The notes beneath the pieces are model-generated. The model saw only the letters and a list, made by a program, of their open reading frames with translations. It was not told the origin of the DNA and made no database searches. The position numbers and the translations under genes are program-made. A stretch of DNA of 64,000 bases from Mantamonas sphyraenae STR306 (lineage: Eukaryota > Protista > CRuMs): positions 310,001-374,000 of the forward strand of contig JAPMXV010000034.1 of the NCBI GenBank assembly GCA_026936335.1. Direction: 5' to 3'. Shown in pieces: positions 23,977-36,042 of the stretch. Each line of letters opens with the position of its first letter. Position 1 is the first letter of the stretch.

Positions 23977-24090
23977 GAGGGCAAAAAACCCGCCGCTTCT
24001 TTTCTTCCGCCCCTCCCGCCACTTGCTGCTCACTCGACCACCGCACCCTGCCACACTGATCCCCATAACGTGGGGCGTCTTGCGCAGTCC

Positions 24091-26815
24091 TCACACATTC
24101 GCTCGCAAAGTTTGGTTGCTGCGTGTCGACTGCGACACCACTTCTTGCGGCACCCGATGCTCCAGCCACAGCCGTTCCAACGCTGCATACCGTTCGTGCG
24201 ACAGCATCAACGGACGGCCACGTTTCAGGCCTGCATCCTCTTCGCCCCACTCATCCACGTACGGCGATCTCCAGAAACAACCACGGCCACGGTGCAACAG
24301 GATCACCGACGAGTGCCGGATCAGAATGTAGATGCCGATGCCTTCGCCGCACGTCTTGGCATGCGACGTGCACTCGCCCACAGTCACCCCGTCTTCGTTT
24401 ACCGTCTGGCAGCATGGTGTGGCTGCACACACCACCTCGCCACACAACAGGCACAGGCAAGGTTCGCTCGGCACCTGCATGCACTGTGTGCACTTCTGCT
24501 CCAGATAGCGCTGATAGATGCCCTGGTGGTACTTTTGCGGCAGTGCAATCAGAGATACGGGCAAAGAAGGCGACATAAGCGGCAGGATCGACTCCACCTC
24601 GCTCACCAGCTCGTGATCTCCCTCTTCGCCAGACATGGCCCGCCCTCCCTGCTCCAGCCACTTCCGAATTTCATACTGCTTCACCACCATCAGGTCTCGC
24701 ATCCACGTCTGCATGCAAGTCGACAATTCCTCTGCCACCGAGAGCTCAAACAGCGCCTCCACGCTCGGCAGCTCGTAGAAGCGTGCAAACCGTTCCAGCT
24801 GCTCCATCCACTCAGAGCTCACGCTGTGATCTTTCTGTTGCGCACACAACACCTCCAGTTGCTCTACCAGCGCACACGGCTCCGTACTTGCAACCGTCGG
24901 CACCTCTTGGTTGAACAGGCACGTGTACAGAAGCGACGCCCTGCGCAGGAATGGCATCGCGAGGATCACACTCAACACTTGCACACGCTCCATCTGCACC
25001 GAACTCGGTTGTCCTCCATTCAGTGCCACAAACAGCTGCCCCAGCGAACGCGGCACCCCACGGCCAGCTTGTCGCTGCCGTCGCCTGCCTGCTGGCCGCT
25101 TGCCACTGCCAGGTAGGCCACGGCCTGCGTGACCACAGCTGCAAACAGCAACTTGATCAGATGGCGCACGTGCGCTCGCGTCGCAGGCGTGTCGTCAAGC
25201 AGCAGCACACGCGTGAGCGCGGAAAACATGTCGTGCGACAGAAACGGCACATGCAGCATGTTGCTCAACTGGCTGGCATTGATCATGGACAGTACGTCAT
25301 CTTTGCGGCCTGCCCATCCGTACAGAGACAGTTGCACAAACTGCAGCTGCCTGCGCACTCCCAGCACATCCACCCTCACGTCTGTCTCGGTGGACTCCCC
25401 GTCTGTACTCTCCCTCTGCTTGTCTGTGTAATGAGCAGTCATGCTCTGCACCGCACGCAGTAGCACATGCATGTTGCTCCTGTCCTTTGCGCTGATCTTG
25501 CTCCCTGCGTCTGCCGTCTTTTCCAACGCCGCAATCGACGCACTCACCGTGTTGCACAGCACCACAATGCTCTCGTTCTCCATCTGCGCCGTGCTAACAC
25601 TCGATGTGTTTTGCAAATCATTCAACACTGTGTGTGCACGGCTCACAAGTCGCGAAAGCGCGTCGTCCAGCTTCACACTCACCTGTCGCTTCTCCTGGCC
25701 TTGCTCATCCTTTTCTCCTTCGCGGTTGCTACTCGACGACTTTGAGTTGCTGCCAGCCGTCTCTGTGTCCATGGCGTCTTTCCCCGCCGCCGCTGCACCC
25801 GCCTGTGCAATTTCTTCCACAATGCTCGCCAAGACTCTCCTGTTGCAGGCCTAGCCAAGTACCAAACGACTGGTTTTCGTCTGCATCGCCACGTGAAGGC
25901 ATGTAAAGATCCTCGTAGGGCGAATACGTAAACGGAACCAACGTGTTGGACAGCTTGCGGCAGATCGGACACAGAAACTCGCCGTTGTTCAAGTTCACGA
26001 GACGGCTGCCTTCAAACGAGCGTCCGCTCAGATGTCGCTGCAACAGAGAGCCAAAGTACCGGTCGAAGCAGTCCACGTGCACCTGGTGGCCACAGAACTG
26101 GGTGTGGATCCCTGCGTTTTCGTTCACGTTGAACCACAGCTGTTCGATCAGAGCCTGCGTGTGCTTCTCAGCCGTGTCTGTTCCTTGGCCCAACACCTCT
26201 TCATCGTCTCCTCCTACACCTGCAATCGCTCCGGAGCTGCTTTCGCCTTCGCCATCCTCCCCAGTCCCAAGGTCTTCGTCGCGCGAGTTCATGCGACGCA
26301 ACCGGTCCAACAGACTGGACATTGTCATTGTCACGCCTCGTCCTTGCACATGTGCGTCTTCTTCTCTTCCTTCTTCCTCGCCTCCGTATGCACTCGAGTC
26401 ATCTCCCTCTTCTGCACTCTGGTACGCCGAGTCGTGCGACGAGGAAGATGACAGCGAACGCGACCTGTGCGCCAGGCCATCCATGCTGCTCTCGCTCTCG
26501 GGCTCTCCCTGCTGCTGCTCCAGCTCAGGCTCGTCCATTCCCAGCTCGTCACCCGAGTGTGCCTTGTTGCGGCTGCTCCTTCGGCTGCTGTTGCTGCTGC
26601 TTGTGCTGCTCGAGCTGTTGCTCTCCTTGCCATCCTGGTTCATCAGCGACTCGGACGCCTGCTCCGCCACAATCATCTTGACCCGTCGCCGCATTTTGTA
26701 CACATGCATCTTGCGCTTCCTTCCGGTCATCGTGCCTCCACCTACGCCTGCGTCACTCACTGCCATCTTGCCCTTCATCACGGACTCTCCGATGCCACCC
26801 GACGTGCTGCTACTG

Positions 26816-26848
<33 letters not shown>

Positions 26849-29800
26849 TTGTTTCCAACGCCCAGCAGCACCGAGCCTGCTTCCACTCCTCCAGCGACCT
26901 CGTTCAGGCTGCTTGTCTCGCTGAGGTTGCCCTCGTCCACACTGTGCTCCACAATCGGCAGCAGCGTCGACGAGCTCTGCACAAACGACACCAGTGCCAA
27001 CGGGCGAGACGACAAGTCGTCCATGCCCATGTCTTCGTCGCCCTCGCGACACAGCGCACACACCATCTCGTGCTCATAGTACTCCTCGCCTCCCAGCTGC
27101 ATCATCGAGTTGGCCCGCTCTGCCGCTTCAGCACGCTCTTTGCCCGGTTCGTTCTCGTTCTTGCTTGCAAACCGGTCTCGCTGGTTCGCAAACTGCGCCA
27201 AGATTGCCTGCTGCCGTTTGCGTGCTTGCAGCTTGGCTCGTTCTTTGTCGTCCATCCCTTTCAGATCCTCTTCTGCGTCACCCGCTGGCTCAAATTTGTT
27301 CCTGTACAGCTGCGCAGCCACCTCCGAGTGCTCCGCCAGCAACTGCACAATGCACTTGGCCATCAGTTGGTGGTCTTCCGCCACTCCTTCCAGGTCGTAC
27401 AGGTCCAGCAACATCGAGGCCACCGAGCAGTCTTCCATTTTGTCCAGCGTTCCCATCTTGTCCAGCGATCCGTCGTTCTTGGACGATGCCATGTCCCGAA
27501 TCGTCGACAGAAAGCTGCCGAAACCCCGGCCTGTTCCCTCGCCCTGATGCGGCTGCTGCAGTTGCAGCAGATTCTGCAGCAGAGAAAGCGACGACTCCGG
27601 TGTCGCCAGCTCAAACTCCGAGTCCTCATCCTCGTCGCTCGACATAAACTCTTCCTCATCTGCTACATGCTCGGCTCCTTCCGCTGCGCTGCTGTTGTCC
27701 ACAATCGCAAAGCCGTCGACGTCCATCTGATCCTCGATGCCGCCGCCCGACTCGCTCCCGTCACTCGTGGTTGTGCGACCAATAGCACTGCTGCTGGACG
27801 ATGCTGCAGCGCTCGAGTCGGCTGTGGCATCCGAGGAAAGTTCGTCGCCGCCAACAGAGTCAACGCTTTCGCCACGCAACACATTGCGTGCATGCAACAT
27901 GGAGCCTGTGCGCGGACGGCGCAAAGGCATGGCCAAGTTCATGGCTAGGTTGCGTACGCTCTGGGCTTCGTCCACTTGGCGTGCAGCTGATTCTTCGTCG
28001 TCGCCGTTGTACTGGGCCGTGTGCAGGCTCGTGATCAGCAACTGCAGCACCACTGTCAGCAATGTGTCTGACACCATCGGGGACGTCGGCTCGTGAAGAT
28101 AGTGCATGAGTATCGAGTACACAAGGTGGTGCACCAGCTTGCTCCTCAGCAGATCCCGCAGATTGGCAAACGCAGGTCCGTGCGCTTCACGGCATGCGTT
28201 GAAAACAGGCCATTCCTTCAAGGCCTGTTCCTCCAGCTGTGCTGCGTTGTTCTGCTTGCCCTTCTTCTTGCCCTTGCCGCCGCCCCCCTCCTGGATCTCC
28301 GCACGATACCTCTTTGCGTGCCGTTGGTACTGCTCTTCCGCACGCTGCGCAATGTCCCACGTCATGTGCACGTAGTAGGGGTTGTACTCCTGCCAGCACT
28401 CCTTCTTCAGCCGGTATCGCTCAGCTTCCAGAGCATTGGAGCCCGTGCGGACGCCGATTTCCGCAAGCACGTCGTTCAGGCGCGGATGTGCGGCCATGCT
28501 CTTGGGCAGCAGCTTCAACAGTTGACTGTGTGTGTACTCGTGCACAGACAGCAGGTGTACAAGCTCCGTGCGAATAAGCTCCTCCTCCCTGTGTGCCGTC
28601 GTCAGGCTCGTGTTGACAGCAAGCTGCACCAGCAGACGCAGGCAGTCCTCGGCCAGAGAGCACCTGCGCTCCAGCTTCTCTGTGTTTTCGTCCCACTTGC
28701 CCGCACGAGTCATGTCCAGAAGCTCTTCGCTCCACGTGCGCAGGCCGTAGCGTTGCAGCAGGATGAACAGCGTGTGGTCGGCCTCCAGCTGCGCAGCCAC
28801 ACACTGCAGGAAAAAGTAGTCCATGTTCATGGCGTACTCCAGGCAGTGGATAGTGCGGTACATCGAGTGCATGTTCACGAACGAGCTCCCGTTGCGCCTG
28901 CACATCCCGGCACGCGCCTGTGCTCGCTGCACCTGGATCCGAAGCGGATGTTCAATCCACTTGACCAACGTTTCTGTCACTGGCCGCTCGCTGCCAAACA
29001 CAACTTCTTGAAAGTCTTTCATAGCGTAGCCGGGCCAGTGGTGACTCAGAATCTGCACCACGTGGGCGAGGACCCGGTGGAGGGGCACATGCATCGATAC
29101 AGCCCCACGGCTCATCGAGAATTGCGACACCGGCATGCCCACCTTGGACAGCATGGCCCCTCCAGCGAGACGTCGTACGTGCGTGCGTGCAAACAGGTTG
29201 AAATTGTGCCGCACGGGCACGGCCGAGGAGACCTGAAAGTCGCACCCTTCAGACCAGTCCCACAGCTCGTCCGCACAGATTCGAAGCGCCTGCTCCGTCA
29301 TCTCCTTGAGCTGTGCGTACTCCTGAGATGAAGTGTCTGTCAGCAACGCCTGCGTGTCCTCATCTTTCAGTGTATCCAGCATCCAGGCAAACACCTTGGG
29401 CAGGTTGCTCATCAGCTCAATCTCCCAGTTGTATGCACCTGTCCAGCCTTGGTTCTCCTCGTGGCCGCTTGTGCGCCGTGCTACCGGATTGCAGTTCTGC
29501 ATCAGGCTGCACAGCGACACCCACTCGCCCAGCAGTTCGGGGCACTCGTCCAGGATGAAGCGAGACAGCGCAGGATGGTGCATGCTGTAGTTGAAGTCGT
29601 GCGACAGACGCCAGTATGTGCGCTTGGCCAGGATCGGATCCAGCGGATTCACAACCAGTTGCTGTGTTTCCTGCGACAACGTCGCCGTCGCTGTGAACAC
29701 AGAGTGCATGCCGCAGATCAGCTTGTGCAGAAGAAGCTCCTCACGCGCCATCACAGGCATGACAATGGGCACTGTGAACACCTGCACCGCAAAGCTGGGC

Positions 29801-30006
29801 AGGTCGCATTCGTCCGGGATAGGCGCAGGCTGTCGCAGCCGCACTCGTTCCACAAACATGTCGTAACAGCGCGCAAACTGACGCGTGAACCGCAGCTTGA
29901 AATACATGTCTGTCAATTGCTTGTAGTACAGGTCGTGAAAGGCATATGCCACCAGCTCCGACACTGTGTGCATAGTAAACAGTTGGTACAGGATCGTTTC
30001 CGGCTC

Positions 30007-30040
<34 letters not shown>

Positions 30041-31550
30041 TCATTGCTCGCGTTGCTTCCACGTTGTTTTGGGTCAGCGAGTGTGTTGGATGTGGAGATG
30101 GACGAGGACGACGCGTCGTTGCTGTGGCCTTCTTCGTCGTCGGCGGCTGAGGAGAGAGCCCAGGACGACGTCGTGGTGGAGGGTGCGCCGTGCTCGGCGG
30201 GAGGTGTCCATTGAGAGTCGACGGTGAGGCCCAGTGGGTCTGCGTCTGGAGAAAGCAGGGCCACAGATACCATGCGTACGTAGATGGAGCCCTGGTTGAC
30301 AACAAAGATGAGCCAGCGGACGAGTTGTTCCGCACGGCTCTCCAGCACAGCACGCTCCGTCTCTGTCTCTCCCATCTGTTCCAATTGCCTGAGATAGTCG
30401 CGTAGCACCGTGAGCACTGTGTGGATGACCACGAGCATGTGCCGAGTGATGGCCCGCGGCACGTTCTGCAGCGGGTTCGCCGCGTCGTCCGGTCCCTGAT
30501 GGTCTTTGCAACACCCGGATTTGTTCCAGGCCTCTGTATCACCACAGTCACACACTCCGCCACCAGTGCGGATCATTCGGTCTGCACACGTGTCCACGCG
30601 CGAGTCAGCGGAACATTCCTCCGGTTCAACCAGCCCTCGCTCATTTCGCCCCTCCTTCCACCTTCCCTAACGTACAATCGTGGCCCTCGTGGTCACCGTT
30701 GTTGAAGCAAGGGATACAAATGGCACTGTGGATCGCCCAGGAAGAGGTCAGCAGCATGCTTCCACCGCGCGTGCGACCTGCTTCGTCTCGGTGTTTGTGC
30801 ACCTCTCCTGGACATGCGGAAACACGCCTCGCACCGGGTCAAACGTACCATGTTGGGTCGCGCTCACAAGTGATACACTTGTACGCAATGTCACCAGGCT
30901 GCCACACCTTGCCACACACGCCCATGGGGATTCCATAGTCGCTTGCAAGTTGCTGCAAGATCTGTTCCGCCTGAGCACCCTTTGCTGCCAGCTGTTCTTT
31001 GCCTACGCCCATCCAGCCTTCTGCGTCTTCATCTGGACACAGGTACACACGAAGCAACCATCCGATCTTCTCTTGGTCCTTGAGCTCCAGGATGGTCTGC
31101 ACGACGTCCTGTTCCTGCATCGTTGGGTTGCCTCTCTTTGCGAGCCCACAGTCAAGATCCTGCTGCAGCTGCTGCTCCACATCCCCGCGCCAAAAAACCA
31201 TTCGTTCATTGCATTCTGTGTGTTCCGAGTGGCTCCTGTCATGCGTTTGGATCCCACGCCTCTGCTTGTTGCTGCTGTTCCCGCTTGCTTCCGGCTGCCC
31301 CTCCGCCCCCGCCCAGTGCTGCGTGCCGATTGGCGCTGGTCCGGTCCAAAAACTGCTTTCCCGTCTTGGCAAACTGTCCCGTCTGTACAATGCTGCCCAT
31401 GTTGACGCTGCTGTCGTGGTCGGGCGAGTCCACATCCAGCGCCGTCAGACCAGGCCCGCTTTCAGCAAGCCGCATTGCCTGAGCCACGCTCAGCTTCGCA
31501 GTGTCTTCCCTGGCAAACTTGGGCAATGCTCCTGTGCTTCCACAATCCAT
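24091..31550 (-). CDS. UBR-box/RING N-recognin E3 ligase (PRT6/UBR3-like); two introns in the UBR box; frameshifts near 31250, 31183, 25835 and 25060; start codon uncertain
   Basis: Spliced UBR box CGKVWQPGDIAYKCITCERDPTC|AICIPCFNNGDHEGHDY|RMIRTGGGVCDCGDTEAW; split RING CALCRE...CGHQVHVDCF...FLCPICRKLSN; C-terminal CLCLLCG, SPYVDEWGEEDAGLKRGRPL. Confidence 0.9.
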
Positions 31551-31594
31551 GCCAAAACGCACACACGCCCCGTCAGCTCCGAACTACCACGGCC

Positions 31595-32032
31595 TCACTC
31601 GCTCAAGTCTCCTTGCCACCTACCGCGTCCTTCCTCCTCACGTAACCGCGAGTCTTTCCGCTCCAGTTCCTCCACTTTCTTCAATGTCACCCTACGCTTG
31701 AGATCAATGCTCGCCGACTCCTGTGTGTGCGTCAACTGCGTCAGGTTGCCGACTTCTCGGCGATTTCTCCCTACCCCGTTTCCGTCTCTTGTGTGACGTA
31801 CCGCTTCGCTGGGAGGCTCCTCTCTGGCGTAGGCCAGCCAAGATTGCCACTCTGCAGGCACGCTATCTGGTTCGTAGGACGACGGATCATCTTCGTGTTT
31901 GTGCTGCACTTTGCGCACAAGGCCTTCCGCTCCCTCCACCTCGTAGTACACGTTGCCATGCTTATCCTTGCCCACCACATTGCGCGCACTGTTCATGCTG
32001 CCCGCCAGTCGCTTGCGAATGGTGGACCACAT
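31595..32032 (-). CDS. NDUFAF2: Complex I assembly factor NDUFAF2 / NDUFA12 family; one intron ~31722-31802
   Basis: VVGKDKHGNVYYE and VPAEWQSWLAYAREEPPS motifs followed by a charged helix. Confidence 0.8.
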   Translation of the reverse strand: MWSTIRKRLAGSMNSARNVVGKDKHGNVYYEVEGAEGLVRKVQHKHEDDPSSYEPDSVPAEWQSWLAYAREEPPSEAVRHTRDGNGVGRNRREVGNLTQLTHTQESASIDLKRRVTLKKVEELERKDSRLREEEGRGRWQGDLSE

Positions 32033-32082
32033 GCTGCTCTCGTTTGCCCCGGCCGTCGCACAGGAAAAACGCCCCCCTCCCA

Positions 32083-33307
32083 ATGGTCAACATCACTGTT
32101 CTCGATAGCAACGCCGAAATCAACGCCAGCGAGCTTGAAGCGCGCACGGGTGTCCTCCTCTTCACCATCCCCACTGAGAACTACGAGGACGAGCTGGACA
32201 AGATCTGCAAGGAGCGCGGTTACGTCAACCGCGACGAGATCAAGCTGCACAAGGACATTCCCGACCTGGAGAGCAAGCTGGAGGTGTTCTTCACCGAGTA
32301 TGTTTTCCTTTCCCCATACAAAAGCAACGGCGTGCTCATGTGTGCTGACGCGTGCACCCACAAAAAACTAGACACCTCCACGACGACGAGGAAATCCGCT
32401 ACATCCTCGATGGAGAAGGCTACTTTGACGTGCGCGACAAGGACTCGGACGAGTGGCTGCGCATCCATGTGCAGAAGGACGATCTTTTGATCATGGTGCG
32501 TCTCCATGGCCAGCCGCACGCCAGCCCGTTGGAACACCCCTTTTTGTGCTGACACACTTCCGACCTCGGCCCACGACACAGCCCAAGGAGCGCTACCACC
32601 GCTTCACACTCACCGACTCGCGATCGATCCACGCCATGCGCCTGTTCCAAGACGATCCCAAGTGGACCCCGCTGTACCGCAAGGACCGTGAAATGGAGAC
32701 GGAAAGTGCATCGGCATCTTCGTCCTCGTCCTCGTCCACGTCTGCGCTGAGCTTCAACCACGAGACTCTGGCTGCTTACGGAGCTCCCGTGCACTTTGAC
32801 ACCTGGCTGCAGGCAAACAAGGGCGACCTCAAACCTCCTGTGGGAAACAAGCTCATGTGGGGTGCCGGCGACTTCAAGGTCATGATTGTGGGTGGACCCA
32901 ACGTGCGCTCAGACTACCACATCGAAGACGGCGAGGAGTACTTTTACCAGCTCAAGGGCGACATGGTCCTCAAGGTCGTCGACAACGGCGAGTTCAAGGA
33001 CATTCCCATTAAGGAGGGGGAAATGTTCCTCCTCCCTGGCAACATCCCGCACTCACCTCAGCGCAAGTCGGACACCGTAGGTCTCGTCATGGAGCGCGAG
33101 CGTCGTGAGGGCGAGCTCGACGGTTTGCGCTGGTACTGCGACAACGAGGACTGCCGCCAGATTTTGTACGAGGAGTTCTTCCACTGCACTGACCTCGGCA
33201 CCCAGCTCAAGCCCGTCATCGAAAAGTTCTACTCTTCCGACGAACTGCGTACCTGCAAGGCCTGCGGACACACCTCGGAGAAGCCCACTGCGCCGGAAGG
33301 ATGGTGA
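32083..33307 (+). CDS. Fusion of acireductone dioxygenase (ADI1/ARD) and 3-hydroxyanthranilate 3,4-dioxygenase (HAAO/BNA1); introns 32298-32371 and 32496-32581
   Basis: ARD: [56 protein letters not shown] Ser-rich linker follows, then HAAO: [60 protein letters not shown]. No in-frame stop lies between the domains. Confidence 0.9.
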
Positions 33308-33528
33308 AGGGAAGGTTCAAACTCCAATTCATTGACTGATTGACTGGAAGTGCACTTCCGGCGGCTCCTTCGTCTGCTTCGCCTCCTCTTGCGATGCAAC
33401 GCACCGAACTCATCACTGTGTGTCTGTGTCTGTGTCTGTGTTTGTGGACGCGGCATTTTCCGCACAATTCCAAGCCTCCCCAATGTGCATCCGCGTTTCC
33501 ATCCACACTCACGACCAGTCATCATCGT

Positions 33529-36010
33529 CTACTGCGCTCCACCTCCATTGTTGCTGTTGCTGTTGCCGCTGTTGCCGCTGTTGACGTCCCCTCGCTCGAC
33601 CGTCAGACGCGCAACAGATTCAAACAGGCGCTCAATCTCCGGGGCACAGTGCACAAATCCGTGGCCCCAGAAGTTGTAGCGCTGGTTTTTGATCAGCTCA
33701 ATAAAGGTGATGAGAAGGCCCCATGGTGTGGGGCGGTTCACAATCAAGCGCTCCAGCAACACGCGCGTAATCTGCTCCTGCAGGTGTTCCTTCTTGGTGT
33801 CGGAGAAGAGGAACAGGAGCACGCAGCTAAAGTAGTGCGTGTGCGTGTTGGGGTAGCGCAGGTGGTTGGCCACTGCGTTCAGGAACACATAGCGGCCTTC
33901 CGGCTCCAGGTCCACAAACAGCTGCTGGTAGATGTCCATCGACGCGTTCTGCGTGAGGTTGTGCTGCTTGTTTTGCATCTGGATCATGGCTTGCATGCCT
34001 ACGTACAGCACAAGTGAGTTGATCAGACTCACGTTGTACACCGCTCCGGTACGCTCCTGCTCCTCCTGCGGCAGCTGCACCATCAGCTTCAAGTCGCTCA
34101 GGAAGCTGCTCGGCGAGCGGTTGGCCAGGTAGGCGTCTACGTCCTTGCGGAAGGGGGCCACGCCGTGCATGTAGTCCGACAGGATGCGCGGCGGCTGGTG
34201 GATCTCGGGCAACAGGTCCACCTTGAGGTTGGGGGTGAACGCGTCCGGAAGACGCATGTTGCGCGGAAACGCACTCAAGATCAGGTTGCGCATCTGGATG
34301 CACATGGGCGGGATCACGTCGCAGAACGCAAAGTGGTAGTCGCAAAGGAACTCGGGAAAGTCGTGCAGGACCACAAGCAGCACACGCAGCGTGCCCTTGT
34401 ACAGCAGACTCACGGGCTCGCTCAGCTCCGTTGACTTGATGTGCACCTGAAAGAACTTGAACAGGTCCACAAACAGAGTTTGGTACAACGCCCAGCCTTG
34501 CGACGATTGCGACAGCAGCAGGTACGGCATAAACTGCCTGTGCGAAATGAGCTCCAGCCACGCAAACGCAAACGCAGGAAAGTGCAGCGGCTGCAGCAAG
34601 TGGAACGTGTTGCTGAACGCATTCAGCACCTGTGTTTTGATGGCGTCCAGACCACTCTCGGACGAGATCAGGCCGCTCAACCACAGGGAAAACAGGCGGA
34701 AGTACGGCCGCTGGTTGAAGCCCATCGGGTTGCTCTCGTAGTCGTTGACCAGCACGCGCACAACCACAAACAGGATGCGCGTCAACAGGTTGACCTTCGG
34801 CGCCGTGCTCATGCTGCCGCCGTAGTACTTCACCAGCAGCACCACCAGGCTGGCGTACGCATCCAGCGCTTCATACGCCAGCTTGTCGCCGCCACTGCCG
34901 TTGCTGCTGCTTCCATCCAGTGCCATTTTGACACACAGCTCCGTCATCAACTTGAAGAACAGCAGCGACAGCTCCTCCTCCTGCAGGATGCGGTGCTGCT
35001 CCATCTGCGCCACAAACGAGATGAACATCTCGTCGTTGTAATTGCTGTGGTAGTGCAGCTGCATCCAGTCGTTGAGCAGGCTGCGCACAATCTCGCGCAT
35101 CTGCGGTGCCTCATGGTGGTCGTGTGCTTCCAGCGACGTCGACGAGCCTGCACTGTCGCCTCCGTTGGCAAACGCGCCCGTGCCGTAGCCCGTGCGCGTC
35201 AGCTTTTCGTACTCGCCGCGCATGCGCAGGTACGACGGCCGCTGCACAATGTGAGTCATCTTGCGTGCCTCGTCTAGCATGGATTGCAACGCACGGCCGT
35301 CGTTGGAGCGCTCCGCGAGCATGCTCAGCACATCCAGCACGGGTCGAAACTCGGTTGCGCTGGCACTCTTTTCCTCCAGCACACACTGTTTGACGAGCAT
35401 GATGGCCACCGACACAGCTGTGGACGAACTCGTCTTTTCCACAAACGCAGCCACGTTGGCAGCAAACTCGGCCACGTTCACAAGGCGCATACGAACCAGG
35501 GCAATGAGCAGCTCGACGTGCGGCGGGTTCTCGTTCTCAATGGTGAACGTGGCCCACTTGGTCAGGTCCTGGTCAATGATCACCGAACCACACACGTCGC
35601 AAATGATTTCCAGCATGACCAGGTCGACGTGCTGCGGCAGCTTCAGCGCGTTTCGAGGCGACTCGAGCAAGCGCTTGAACAGACGCTGCGCCACAGTGAC
35701 GCCCAGCTTCACGGGTTGCTTGCTGCGCGAGAATGTCACCGCAATCATGTACAACAGACGGTGCAGATCCGACTCGCGCGGGATCTTGGCCAGTTCCACA
35801 TCGTAGTTCTCGCGCACAAACGCGTCGATGGCTTCTGCGTGCACCTGGATGGCTTCCAGCGCATGCTGAGGCGAAAGGTCGCCTGCTGTTTCGTCCACCA
35901 CAAGCGACGGGTTCCGGTAGCCTGCTCCAGCGCCCGCGTTGACTCCTCCTTGCATGCCAACTCCGCCTGCACCGCCTGCCTTGCCCGCGTGAGTGCCTGC
36001 ACCACCACCA

Positions 36011-36042
<32 letters not shown>

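Noticed and set aside
25830-25862. Possible 28-nt micro-intron rescuing the UBR frameshift
   Set aside because: It needs a weak GAG acceptor, has no branch motif and is far shorter than the other introns; a single-base error is simpler.
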